Shown in pieces: positions 46,559 through 55,656 of a stretch of 64,000 nt of DNA. The translations under genes were made by a program, and so were the position numbers. The notes under the pieces are model-generated. The model saw only the letters and a program-made list of their open reading frames with translations, made no database searches and was not told the origin of the DNA. The stretch's first letter is position 1. Each line of letters starts with the position of its first letter. The DNA comes from a candidate division TM6 bacterium GW2011_GWF2_28_16 (lineage in GTDB: Bacteria; Patescibacteriota; Microgenomatia; UBA1400; PJMF01): the NCBI GenBank assembly GCA_001029715.1, contig CP011212.1:617715-681714 (forward strand). The letters run 5' to 3'.

Positions 46559-47669
46559 TAGTGAAATTGAAGCCTTACTAATTGAGGCAGAACTCATCAA
46601 AGCTCACCAACCATACTTCAATAGCCGATTAAAAGATGATAAGTCCAATATTTATCTTTTGATTAGCAAAGAAAAATTTCCAAAAATTTTAAGAGTTCGT
46701 AAAACTGATTTAAGTAAAAAAAAGTACCAAGAAAAACTGGCTCTTTTTGGCCCCTTCGCCAGTAGCTATCGTTTAAATGAATTATTAAAAATCATTCGTC
46801 CTATTTTTAGATGGTGTAATCAAGCCAATCAAAAACAAAATAAAGCCTGTCTCTATCATCACATCGATCTTTGCTCTGGAGCCTGTTGCCAAAAAATTAG
46901 CGAAGAAGAATATCAAAAAGACATTCAACAATTAATAATTTTTCTAAAAGGACAAAAAAAAGATCTGCTTAAAGAATTAGAAAAAGAGATGCTGGCCCTT
47001 GCCAAAGAAGAGGCTTTTGAAAAAGCTCAGCTCAATAAAAACAAGCTCGCATTAATTAAAGAAATTACCAGTAATAAATATAAGTTGAAGTCAGACCTTA
47101 TTTTGCCAAATTTCTCTCAAGAAGAAAACAAAGAAGCTCTGATTCACCTAAGAAAAATTCTTCATCAGGATGGTGTAGTTGGTCAAAACCAAGAATTCAA
47201 GCGTATTGAAGGTTATGATGTCAGCAATACCATGGGACAAAACGCCACAGTTTCTATGGTTGTTTTAACAAATGGAGAAGCAGACCAGAGCCAATATAAA
47301 TTTTTCAAGATTCGCACATTAAATACTCCCAATGACTATCAAATGTTACAAGAGGCATTAAAAAGAAGACAAAATCATCCAGAATGGGGAGAACCAGACC
47401 TAGTTATGATGGACGGTGGCAAGGGCCAAGTCAGAGCAGTTGCCAAAATTTGGCAAAGTCAGACCCCAGTTATTGGTTTGGTAAAAAATCCAGATCGTCT
47501 AGTAATTTGTTTTAAAAATAAAGAAAAAAAAGATGCTTTAGAAACAAAAATTATTCAACTACAAGAAAACCATCCAACTCTTAAAATGTTGCAACGACTA
47601 CGCGATGAAGCTCATCGCTTCGCCAAAAAACAGCATACTCGACTTAGAGAGAAAAATCTTCTAAAATGA
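46299..47669 (+). CDS. uvrC: Excinuclease ABC subunit C, short form lacking the C-terminal (HhH)2 domain. The start is uncertain, and the gene overlaps the 3' end of the upstream gene in another frame.
   Basis: GIY-YIG motif [33 protein letters not shown], a UvrB-interacting UVR-like region and an RNase-H-like endonuclease domain ([11 protein letters not shown]…[11 protein letters not shown]). The protein ends ~150 aa earlier than canonical UvrC. Confidence 0.8.
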   Translation: [456 protein letters not shown]

Positions 47670-47673
47670 AACT

Positions 47674-48036
47674 ATGAAATTTATTAAAGCGATCATTTCC
47701 TCAATTCTAACCATTGCTCTTTTAGCCTGGTTTTTCCCAAATATTAATTACAGTGGCTCACTTACTTTAATTATTGCTGCTGTTGTTTTGACTTTGCTAG
47801 AAAAACTCGTCAGGCCAATTCTTAAAATTTTGTTTCTGCCAATTAACGTAGTAACTCTAGGGCTTTTCTCTCTGGTTATTAATGTTTTTATTCTTTACTT
47901 AGCTACTTATCTTGTCCCGGGTTTTGTAATCAGTAACGTGGTTATATTTGGAATTCACTTCAATCAATTCTTTTCATTGCTTCTGGTCTCATCCTTGATT
48001 GGTTTTCTGCAAGGGGCTTTCGCCATGATCTTGTAA
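47674..48036 (+). CDS. DUF360/phage-holin-4_2 family small 4-TM membrane protein
   Basis: LPINVVTLGLFSLVINVFILYLATYLVPGF block characteristic of PF04020. Confidence 0.6.
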   Translation: MKFIKAIISSILTIALLAWFFPNINYSGSLTLIIAAVVLTLLEKLVRPILKILFLPINVVTLGLFSLVINVFILYLATYLVPGFVISNVVIFGIHFNQFFSLLLVSSLIGFLQGAFAMIL

Positions 48037-48055
48037 AATGTTATAATAAAAGATA

Positions 48056-49087
48056 ATGAAAATTACTCAAATTGCCCTAATCTCCTTTGTTTTATTTCAG
48101 TTCCTAATCAGTTCCTTGATTAGTCCAAGGTTTGCTTTAGCTCAAACCAGCACTGCTAAAACAATTAATGTCTCAACCACTGATACTTTATTAGAAAATC
48201 CCGAGGCCACTCTTGCTGGAGAGGCAGCCGAATCCACTGATAGTGGCAAGCTTTCTTCACCTTCAGCTGAGGTAGTAGAGAAGTTGCAACAGAAAACCGA
48301 CCAAGATATTACAGAAACTAGTGGTCAGAAAAAAAGTGTTTTAGCTGCTTATTTAGACGAACATCCAGTCGGAAAATTGAGCTGGAATAACCTTATTCAG
48401 AAAGCCATTCGTAAAGCTATTTCTAGTGGTATGCCTGCCAATATTATTGTTATTTTGCTTATTTTCCCAATTATTGCCTCCTTAGTTGCTTTTTCTAGAC
48501 ACGTCATTGGTTTAAAAGGCTTTGGCATCTATATCCCAGCTGTTTTATCAGTAGCTTTTGTGTCTACTGGTATTTTAACTGGAGTAACCGTTTTTGTAGC
48601 TGTTTTATTAGCTGCTCTTTTCACCAGACCAATTCTTAAAAAATTGAAGCTACCAATGCTCCCAAGAACCGCCATGCTACTTATGAGCGTCTCGATTACA
48701 GTTCTGGCATTGATGTTAGTTGGTTCAATTTATAACATTGATTTAGTTATTGATATCAGTATCTTTCCTCTGTTAATCATAATACTTTTGACCGAAAACT
48801 TCATGGAGACCCAGCTTTTTAATAGTCAAAAAGAAGCTCTGCAAATAACTTTTGAGACTTTACTTATTGCTGTTCTATGTTCACTAATTCTTGGTTCAGA
48901 AACTATCCAAAAATTTGTTATTTTAAGACCAGAACTCACCTTAATCGGAGTCGCTCTAATCAACTTCGCAATTGGTAAATACACTGGCTTACGCTTCCTT
49001 GAATATCTAAGGTTTAGAGATCTGCTAAATCAAAATAATAAGTTTAAAGACACTTCTTCAGATAATAATTCTCAAGAAGAGGAATAA
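48056..49087 (+). CDS. Seven-TM membrane protein with an N-terminal secreted region, resembling the 7TM module that partners RimK-like ATP-grasp/transglutaminase systems
   Basis: A signal peptide and ~110-aa extracytoplasmic segment precede seven predicted TM helices. It sits immediately upstream of the ATP-grasp gene. Confidence 0.5.
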   Translation: MKITQIALISFVLFQFLISSLISPRFALAQTSTAKTINVSTTDTLLENPEATLAGEAAESTDSGKLSSPSAEVVEKLQQKTDQDITETSGQKKSVLAAYLDEHPVGKLSWNNLIQKAIRKAISSGMPANIIVILLIFPIIASLVAFSRHVIGLKGFGIYIPAVLSVAFVSTGILTGVTVFVAVLLAALFTRPILKKLKLPMLPRTAMLLMSVSITVLALMLVGSIYNIDLVIDISIFPLLIIILLTENFMETQLFNSQKEALQITFETLLIAVLCSLILGSETIQKFVILRPELTLIGVALINFAIGKYTGLRFLEYLRFRDLLNQNNKFKDTSSDNNSQEEE

Positions 49088-49092
49088 GTCTA

Positions 49093-50382
49093 ATGTTTGT
49101 TAATAAAGCCAAAGATCTCTTGGGAATTAATGCTCGTAATTCTTTGTACCTGAGCCGTAGTTCTGGTAAAGCCAAGGCTATTGTTCATTCCAAATACGCT
49201 ACTAAAATTCTTTTACGAGACAATGACATAGCCACTGCAGAAATTTATGGCATCCTTGGTACAGGAGAAGATGTTAATGATTTTGATTGGCAAAATTTAG
49301 ATAAGAATTTCGTGATCAAACCAACCAACGGCTATGCTGGCACTGGAGTAGTAGCTTTTCGTGAAAAAACTGCCGATGGTGTTTGGATTGACATGCTCGG
49401 TAAAAAATGGGATTTAGCCGACTTAAAATTGCATTGCGATGATATTCTCTCTGGTCAATATAGCATTCATGGATTAAATCATAACGTTATTATTGAAGAA
49501 AGAATTCCAATTCATCCAAAATTACTTAAATATTCATATAAGGGAACCCCTGATATTAGAGTCATTGTTTTTAACAGTGTTCCAGTCATGGCTATGTTGC
49601 GCTTACCAACTGAAGAATCTGGTGGCCGCGCTAATGTTACCCAAGGAGCAATTGCTGTTGGTATAGATATCGCCACCGGAATTACTACTTATGCCGTGGC
49701 TCATAAAAGTAATGCCATCCGTTATTTGCCAGGTACCAAAAAGAAACTTAATGGAATTATTATTCCAGAGTGGGACAGAATGCTCGAGACTGCAGTTACT
49801 GCTAGTAATGCGGCTGAGCTAAATTTTGCTGGCGTAGATCTTTTCATACACAAAGAAAAAGGACCCATGGTCGTGGAGCTCAATGCAGCACCTGGACTAA
49901 CTATCCAAGCTGCTAATCGAGCAGGTTTGCGTAGACGCTTGGAAAGAGTCGAAGACCTTAGTATCCAAAATCCAAAACATGGAGTAAAAGTTGCTCAGGC
50001 ACTTTTTGCCAGCGATTTTGCATCTAAAATTAAAAATAGGGCAGATTTCCCAGTTGTTTCTCTCCAAGAAGAAGTTATTGTTTGGGGAGATGATAAACAA
50101 AAGATTGAAACCACTGCCTTTTTAAACACTGGTCGTTTCAGTAGTGCTATCTCTAAAAAATTAGCTCAAGAACTTGGCTTAATTGATGTTGATGACTTAC
50201 TCTGGTTCCAGTCAGAACAAGAAGAGGGAAAAGTTCCAGTAGTTGAAGTCAAATTTAAGATTAAGGAACAAGTTGTTAAAACAACTATGATCGTCAGTAA
50301 TAAATTAAATAGCAAAAAAAATAAAATTGAAATTGGCCGTCAGGATTTAAAAAACTTTATCATTCGTTTTGATGAAGAATAA
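49093..50382 (+). CDS. RimK-like ATP-grasp ligase (alpha-L-glutamate-ligase-related) fused to a C-terminal retropepsin-like (RimB/PF05618-like) domain
   Basis: ATP-grasp blocks FVIKPTNGYAGTGV and AGVDLFIHKEKGPMVVELNAAPGL. The C-terminal ~120 aa has FLNTGRFSSA in place of the DTG(A) retropepsin catalytic motif. Confidence 0.65.
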   Translation: MFVNKAKDLLGINARNSLYLSRSSGKAKAIVHSKYATKILLRDNDIATAEIYGILGTGEDVNDFDWQNLDKNFVIKPTNGYAGTGVVAFREKTADGVWIDMLGKKWDLADLKLHCDDILSGQYSIHGLNHNVIIEERIPIHPKLLKYSYKGTPDIRVIVFNSVPVMAMLRLPTEESGGRANVTQGAIAVGIDIATGITTYAVAHKSNAIRYLPGTKKKLNGIIIPEWDRMLETAVTASNAAELNFAGVDLFIHKEKGPMVVELNAAPGLTIQAANRAGLRRRLERVEDLSIQNPKHGVKVAQALFASDFASKIKNRADFPVVSLQEEVIVWGDDKQKIETTAFLNTGRFSSAISKKLAQELGLIDVDDLLWFQSEQEEGKVPVVEVKFKIKEQVVKTTMIVSNKLNSKKNKIEIGRQDLKNFIIRFDEE

Positions 50383-51352
50383 AAACATGCCTAAACTAAA
50401 TGACTTAGTTCCAACTAATTTAGAGAGTGAAAAAGAAAAATTTTTTGCTTCTGGTTTTCGTTATAATCCGCAATTCATTTATCAAAAGAATATCTCCGAA
50501 AAAGAACTAATCAGATATGGCAAACCAAAATTATGGTACTTATTTTTGGCCAAAAGAATTCTCAGAAAATATTTGAAACAGAATGATCTTGTAAGTCAAA
50601 AAATAAATAATAAGATTTTTCTTGACCAAGATGGAGTAGAGGACTTAATTGAAGAAAGATTGGGCAACTATGGTTTAGCTAGTCGCTATAAAATTATTTT
50701 TTCTAAAGATTTTATCAGTCGGATTGCAGTCAATAATAACAATGAAGTTATTAAAGTGCGCCTGCCAATAATGATCGATAAAAACGAGATTGAAGCCATC
50801 CTAAATCATGAGATAGATACCCATATAATTAGACAGTTAAATTATGAAAGGCAACCTTGGTTTAAAAAGAAAAAAAGCAACGCTTTTAAGCCATATCTGC
50901 GCACCGAGGAGGGTCTCGCTGCTGTCAATGAGTTGATTGTAAGCGAATCTAAACTAGCTTATAAATCAGCAGCTAATTATTTGGCAGTTGATCTGGCTCT
51001 TAAAAAAGATTTTGTGACGGTTTTTAATTTCTTCTATAAAATCTGGCAAGATTCGGAGAGAGCTTGGACTTGGACTTTGAAGAAAAAAAGAGGAATAAGA
51101 GACACTAACAAAAAAGGAGCTTTTACCAAAGACTTAGTTTATTTTGAAGGTTTCATGCAGGTTCTACGTTATCTCAAAAAAAATGATTGCAATCCAACTG
51201 AGCTTTACTATGGAAAGATAAATTATAAAGACGTAAAAAAAGCCAAAAAAAACTGCTCTCAAGAAGAATTAATTTTGCCAAAATTTTTCACAAAAGACAA
51301 AGAAGCTTACAAACAAGCCGTAACTGAAATTATTAAGAATAATTTATTTTAA
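50369..51352 (+). CDS. DUF1704/MATCAP-family putative metallocarboxypeptidase (QEGLA-motif protein)
   Basis: Atypical zinc motif HEIDTH (HExxxH) followed ~30 aa later by TEEGLAAVNE (QEGLA-like). Confidence 0.6.
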   Translation: MMKNKNMPKLNDLVPTNLESEKEKFFASGFRYNPQFIYQKNISEKELIRYGKPKLWYLFLAKRILRKYLKQNDLVSQKINNKIFLDQDGVEDLIEERLGNYGLASRYKIIFSKDFISRIAVNNNNEVIKVRLPIMIDKNEIEAILNHEIDTHIIRQLNYERQPWFKKKKSNAFKPYLRTEEGLAAVNELIVSESKLAYKSAANYLAVDLALKKDFVTVFNFFYKIWQDSERAWTWTLKKKRGIRDTNKKGAFTKDLVYFEGFMQVLRYLKKNDCNPTELYYGKINYKDVKKAKKNCSQEELILPKFFTKDKEAYKQAVTEIIKNNLF

Positions 51353-52592
51353 TAGCTTCTTTCACCTGTTTAAACAACTGAATAGCTAGATTTTTACTCT
51401 TTAAACAATCATTAGCCTCTACATAAAAACTCACAATAGTTTTTCCACCAAACTTAGCTTGCTCCGCTAAATCACCAATTTTATCTCTTATTTTTATGTT
51501 GCTGACAGCTGGATTTTTATACAAAAAATCTAAATCTATTTTTTTAATCAAGCCTTTCTTATCAGCAAAATATTCCACTACTGAAATGGCTCTTTGTGGC
51601 TGATCTATTTCTTCAATATCAAGACCAGCGGCAGTTTGAAACACTGCAAGACTATAATCAAATCCAGTGGTCAAAATTGTCATTTCAGCACGATTGCCAC
51701 CACCCCTAGGGGTAGATTCAATTACTGAGTACTGATTGTTTTTCTCATCAAAAAATACTTCAGTGTGGCAAACACAGTTTCTAGCAGAAAGAGCATTGAG
51801 GGCTTTTGTCACCGTTTGATAAACTAGCTTTTCTTGGCGCTTCGTAAGCACGGTCGGCATAGTTCTAATTGGTAAATAAGTATCATCTAACCCCAACTCA
51901 TGAGCCATAACGTATTCACAAATAGGAGTATGAATGAGACGATTCCCTGAAACAAAGGTGTCAACTGTCAACTCTCTACCATAAAGCATTTCTTCCAATA
52001 AAAACTGACAATCCTCTGATTTATGTTTATAACCCTCAACTGGTTTGGAAGTGACATAACCGCTAACTTGGCTTTTCAAAAAAGCTAATTTTTCAAACAG
52101 ATCTTCTTTAGATTTAACTTTAACCACATAATTCGAATGAGCAGCTGAAGTTTTTTTAAGGATTAAAGGAAAAGAATGTCTTTCCAAAAATTCATCTAGA
52201 TGATTTAAATTGTCTAGACAAATCCCATCGGCACAGGGAACCTGTGCTGCTAGCCATTTTTGCTTCATTAAATATTTATTACAAAAATTTCTAGAGGTTG
52301 CATAGTCAATACCATCTAAACCAAGATATTGGTTAATCGCTCCAACTATAGTTACATAGTTCTCATGCCTTGTTAAAACAACATCAATTTTTTCGCCCTG
52401 ATCTATGGCATTTCTTAATTGCTTCCAATTGTAAATATCTTCAACCACTAAGACTTGGTTAAAAAGTTTTTCATATTCATTTTTGTACTTATCACGATTA
52501 ATTAGTAAACTAATTTTAGCGTCAGTTTTTAAAGCTGATTCTAAATAAATTTTCTTTCCACCAAAGCCAATCATGAGAAAATGAAGTTGCAT
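51333..52592 (-). CDS. ATP-grasp domain enzyme (carboxylate-amine/peptide ligase type), convergent with the DUF1704 gene
   Basis: PLILKKTSAAHSNYVVKV, EEMLYGRELTVDTF and C-terminal ATP-grasp blocks. An N-terminal pre-ATP-grasp domain is present. Confidence 0.6.
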   Translation of the reverse strand: MQLHFLMIGFGGKKIYLESALKTDAKISLLINRDKYKNEYEKLFNQVLVVEDIYNWKQLRNAIDQGEKIDVVLTRHENYVTIVGAINQYLGLDGIDYATSRNFCNKYLMKQKWLAAQVPCADGICLDNLNHLDEFLERHSFPLILKKTSAAHSNYVVKVKSKEDLFEKLAFLKSQVSGYVTSKPVEGYKHKSEDCQFLLEEMLYGRELTVDTFVSGNRLIHTPICEYVMAHELGLDDTYLPIRTMPTVLTKRQEKLVYQTVTKALNALSARNCVCHTEVFFDEKNNQYSVIESTPRGGGNRAEMTILTTGFDYSLAVFQTAAGLDIEEIDQPQRAISVVEYFADKKGLIKKIDLDFLYKNPAVSNIKIRDKIGDLAEQAKFGGKTIVSFYVEANDCLKSKNLAIQLFKQVKEAIKINYS

Positions 52593-52655
52593 ATTTTTAT
52601 CTTTTTATGATTTCAAAGAAGGTATTTTAGTACAATATGTCTGTTACGCAATATG

Positions 52656-54698
52656 TCAAATTTTTTTGATTTCTAGGGGAATCTCTTCTTCTTTTTTCTC
52701 GAGGGAAAACAATTGGCTGGCTGAGATCAGGCCATCTTTTTCTAAAGCATAGTTTTTAGCAAAAGCAGAGATGAAAACTTTGTCAAAAGAATGCTTAATA
52801 ACTTTAGATTTTGAAAATTCAAAAGGCATAACCAATGATTGAGCTTTTTCACTGCCTTCTTCAAATAACGACATAATCAGGTTGTTGGAAAATTGATTAC
52901 CACTAGATAATTTTACTAATAAATTTAAAGATTTTTGCTTTTTAAGTAAGTAGAACAATTTATAAATAAGGATAAACAAATAGACTAATAAAATTGCACT
53001 ATTAAACATACTTTGATAACGCAAAGCAAAAAGCAAAGCAAATAATAAAGAAATAATCAAAAACCAAAATGGATAATCTAATAAATACAAAACAAAAATA
53101 CGCAATCTCTCAAAAAATGGCAACTTTTCTTGACCGGTAGCCCGCAAGGTAGGAATTAAGATCGGCTGACCATGATAATTCTCATCATCAAACATTTGAT
53201 TTTGATAGAACTGCCAAAAATCTAGTTGATTTGGCTTCTCATCGCCAATTGGATAATAGAAGTTACCATCTTTGACCTGCAATCTCCAAGAGCTACTGAT
53301 TGGAAAATTTAAATCGTTGAAATTACCCTGCAAATTAGTAATAGTAAAATCAAGCAACTGCTCATTTTGATCAAACAGCTCCACTTTCACTAGGGGACTG
53401 GCTAAAGTTTCCTTATATTCAAAAACCAAATGCTTATTAGCTTTAAATATAAACGGGAAAAGGAGCATTGAAACTTTTTTTAACAAGGAAATGGAAATAT
53501 CTTTCATAAACTTGCTTAGTAAAAGCAAAAAGGCTGAGAAATAAAATAAAAGCAAAAATAAAGAAGTGAGAAATAAGGATAAGTTTAGCCAAGTTTTCGA
53601 CTTTAAAAAAGTTCTTAGATAATCTCCAGTTGTCTCTGGCAAAAGTTCTATCAATTCGTCCCCAACTTCATGGATAATTTCTTTTGGCGGAACAATTGGA
53701 ATAATTCCAGTCGGTGCTGGTGATTGGGTTGAAGTCAAAGTTGGACTAATGCTTGGTTTAGAACTTGGCTCAACACTCGTGCTAACACTAGGGCTTAGCG
53801 TTGGAGTTGCAGTTGGAGTTGTCGTTATAGTTGTCGGCGTGGCTGTTGGCCAGTATTGTAGACTGATGCGAAAATAAACTTTTTCCAAAACACTAACCTG
53901 ACCAGCCTGATCAGTAATAATAAAATCAAGCCTAATATCAACATCGCGAGGTAGAATTCCCAGTTTTAATTCATAATAACCACTACTATCAATAGTAGTA
54001 TTAAAAATCTGAGTAGGATCGTCTGGGATAATAACAGTCAACTGAACGTTACTATTAGCTTCGCCACCAGCTATAAGGATTGGCTCATTAGCAGTAGCAT
54101 CATTTTGAAAAATAAGGATTGGGCTACTTGGCACAGTTCCCACATCTGCGGCTGAAATACTTACAACAGTATCTCCAATTTTTGTAAGTATAAAGCTTGG
54201 CGCCTGAGTATCAATTCTAAAGTCCCAGGTATCCGATGATGCACTCAGCCCTGCATAATCAACTGCCACTATTTTCCAGGTGGCAGAACCGTCTGAAAGA
54301 GCGTTTTTTGGAGTTAGAGTGTAAGTCCCATCTATTCCATCATAATCTAACAAATAATGGCTATTATCAGTGTCTACCAAGGGAACATTGCTATAAAAAA
54401 CATTATTATTTAAATAAAAAACGTAATGTGACAAAGCAAGATTGTCAGTTGATTCATACCATTTAAAAGAAGGGGTGCTGTCACTTAAAATCGCTCCATC
54501 ACTAGGTTCTATTAGAATTGGTGCTGATGGTGCTTCTAAATCTGGTATGTTTGCACTTATATTTATATCTTCAGCTAAAACCACAGATTTAGCAGAAAAA
54601 AGCAAAAAAAGAGTCAAAAAAGATAAGAAGAAATTAGTTTTCTTGCTGTGGATTTTTAGGTTCTTCATTATTTGTTTCCAAATCAGTGGTGGAAGCAA
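52656..54698 (-). CDS. Large surface/membrane protein: signal peptide, Ig/FN3-like repeats, Thr/Pro-rich linker and a C-terminal multi-TM domain
   Basis: Signal peptide, beta-rich repeats, the linker TATPTTITTTPTATPTLSPSVSTSVEPSSKPSISPTLTSTQSPAPTG and at least 5 hydrophobic helices at the C-terminus. Confidence 0.5.
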   Translation of the reverse strand: MLPPLIWKQIMKNLKIHSKKTNFFLSFLTLFLLFSAKSVVLAEDINISANIPDLEAPSAPILIEPSDGAILSDSTPSFKWYESTDNLALSHYVFYLNNNVFYSNVPLVDTDNSHYLLDYDGIDGTYTLTPKNALSDGSATWKIVAVDYAGLSASSDTWDFRIDTQAPSFILTKIGDTVVSISAADVGTVPSSPILIFQNDATANEPILIAGGEANSNVQLTVIIPDDPTQIFNTTIDSSGYYELKLGILPRDVDIRLDFIITDQAGQVSVLEKVYFRISLQYWPTATPTTITTTPTATPTLSPSVSTSVEPSSKPSISPTLTSTQSPAPTGIIPIVPPKEIIHEVGDELIELLPETTGDYLRTFLKSKTWLNLSLFLTSLFLLLFYFSAFLLLLSKFMKDISISLLKKVSMLLFPFIFKANKHLVFEYKETLASPLVKVELFDQNEQLLDFTITNLQGNFNDLNFPISSSWRLQVKDGNFYYPIGDEKPNQLDFWQFYQNQMFDDENYHGQPILIPTLRATGQEKLPFFERLRIFVLYLLDYPFWFLIISLLFALLFALRYQSMFNSAILLVYLFILIYKLFYLLKKQKSLNLLVKLSSGNQFSNNLIMSLFEEGSEKAQSLVMPFEFSKSKVIKHSFDKVFISAFAKNYALEKDGLISASQLFSLEKKEEEIPLEIKKI

Positions 54699-55641
54699 CT
54701 GGATTAATTTCCTTACTAGCTTCTTTACGCTTCTTTACTGAAATGAACAAAATAATGCCTATCAAAATTACAACTAAAGTTAATAAAATTATTTTGACAG
54801 GAATCAAATATAAACCAGCGCTTGCCACCATCACGCCACCTTGACTACCATAGGCTGACTCGACAATTGCTTTATAGTAACCAAGACCCCAAACTTTATT
54901 CCAAGTTCCAGAAAAACTTCTATTACTTTTTGGGAAAATGTTTTTAGCCTCAAGCTCAATACTTTCAATTTCTTTGCCAAATAAATTATAAATTTTTAAA
55001 ATTGGCTTCGTATTAATATGGACATCTGACTCATTATTTATATCCAAAGAAAAATCAACTGGACCGTTTTCTAAAAACTTTGGCCAATTAAAACTGGTTA
55101 TATAAGCTTCTTCATTAATTGGACCTGTTACTATCACATAGAGTAAAGTTCCCACCCTTTGTGAAATACCAGCTCCAGAATCTACAACTGGATTTGAATT
55201 TATTGGGCGATGATAAATCATTGCATAGTGACCACCAGGAAGAGCGTCTTTTGGAACTTCAATTAAAACATTCACTATCGCAACTTCTTCATTGGCCAAG
55301 GTATGTTCTGCTGGAGCCAAAGTTAACCAAGTAGCTAGACTCCAACGTAAATCTGCTTCTTCTGCACTAATTACTATGGGAGTAGAACCATCTTCAGCCA
55401 CTACAAAATCGGCAACCTGACTTTCTAATACAACTTGGTCAGTAGAACCATTGCGCACTTTGATTTGAACTTGTTTTTTCTCTCCAGGAGCAAGACTAAT
55501 GCTGAAATCGTCCCCTAACCGAACTGGTGTTGCTGTTAAAGACATTGAAGAAGAAGCTTGGGCTTGATTGAAGAAGGAAAAAAGAAAAAATAAACTTAAA
55601 ATAAGAGTATTAATTATTGAAGATGGGCAGATCTTTTTCAT
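54634..55641 (-). CDS. Membrane-anchored cell-surface protein, DUF916/DUF3324-like (PapD-like beta-sandwich N-domain), paralog 1
   Basis: Signal peptide, then LTATPVRL…GEKKQVQIKVRNGSTDQVVLESQVADF. A C-terminal TM helix is followed by KKRK. It is similar to ORF 57160-58218. Confidence 0.45.
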   Translation of the reverse strand: MKKICPSSIINTLILSLFFLFSFFNQAQASSSMSLTATPVRLGDDFSISLAPGEKKQVQIKVRNGSTDQVVLESQVADFVVAEDGSTPIVISAEEADLRWSLATWLTLAPAEHTLANEEVAIVNVLIEVPKDALPGGHYAMIYHRPINSNPVVDSGAGISQRVGTLLYVIVTGPINEEAYITSFNWPKFLENGPVDFSLDINNESDVHINTKPILKIYNLFGKEIESIELEAKNIFPKSNRSFSGTWNKVWGLGYYKAIVESAYGSQGGVMVASAGLYLIPVKIILLTLVVILIGIILFISVKKRKEASKEINPVASTTDLETNNEEPKNPQQEN

Positions 55642-55656
55642 ATTTTTGTTTTTAAT

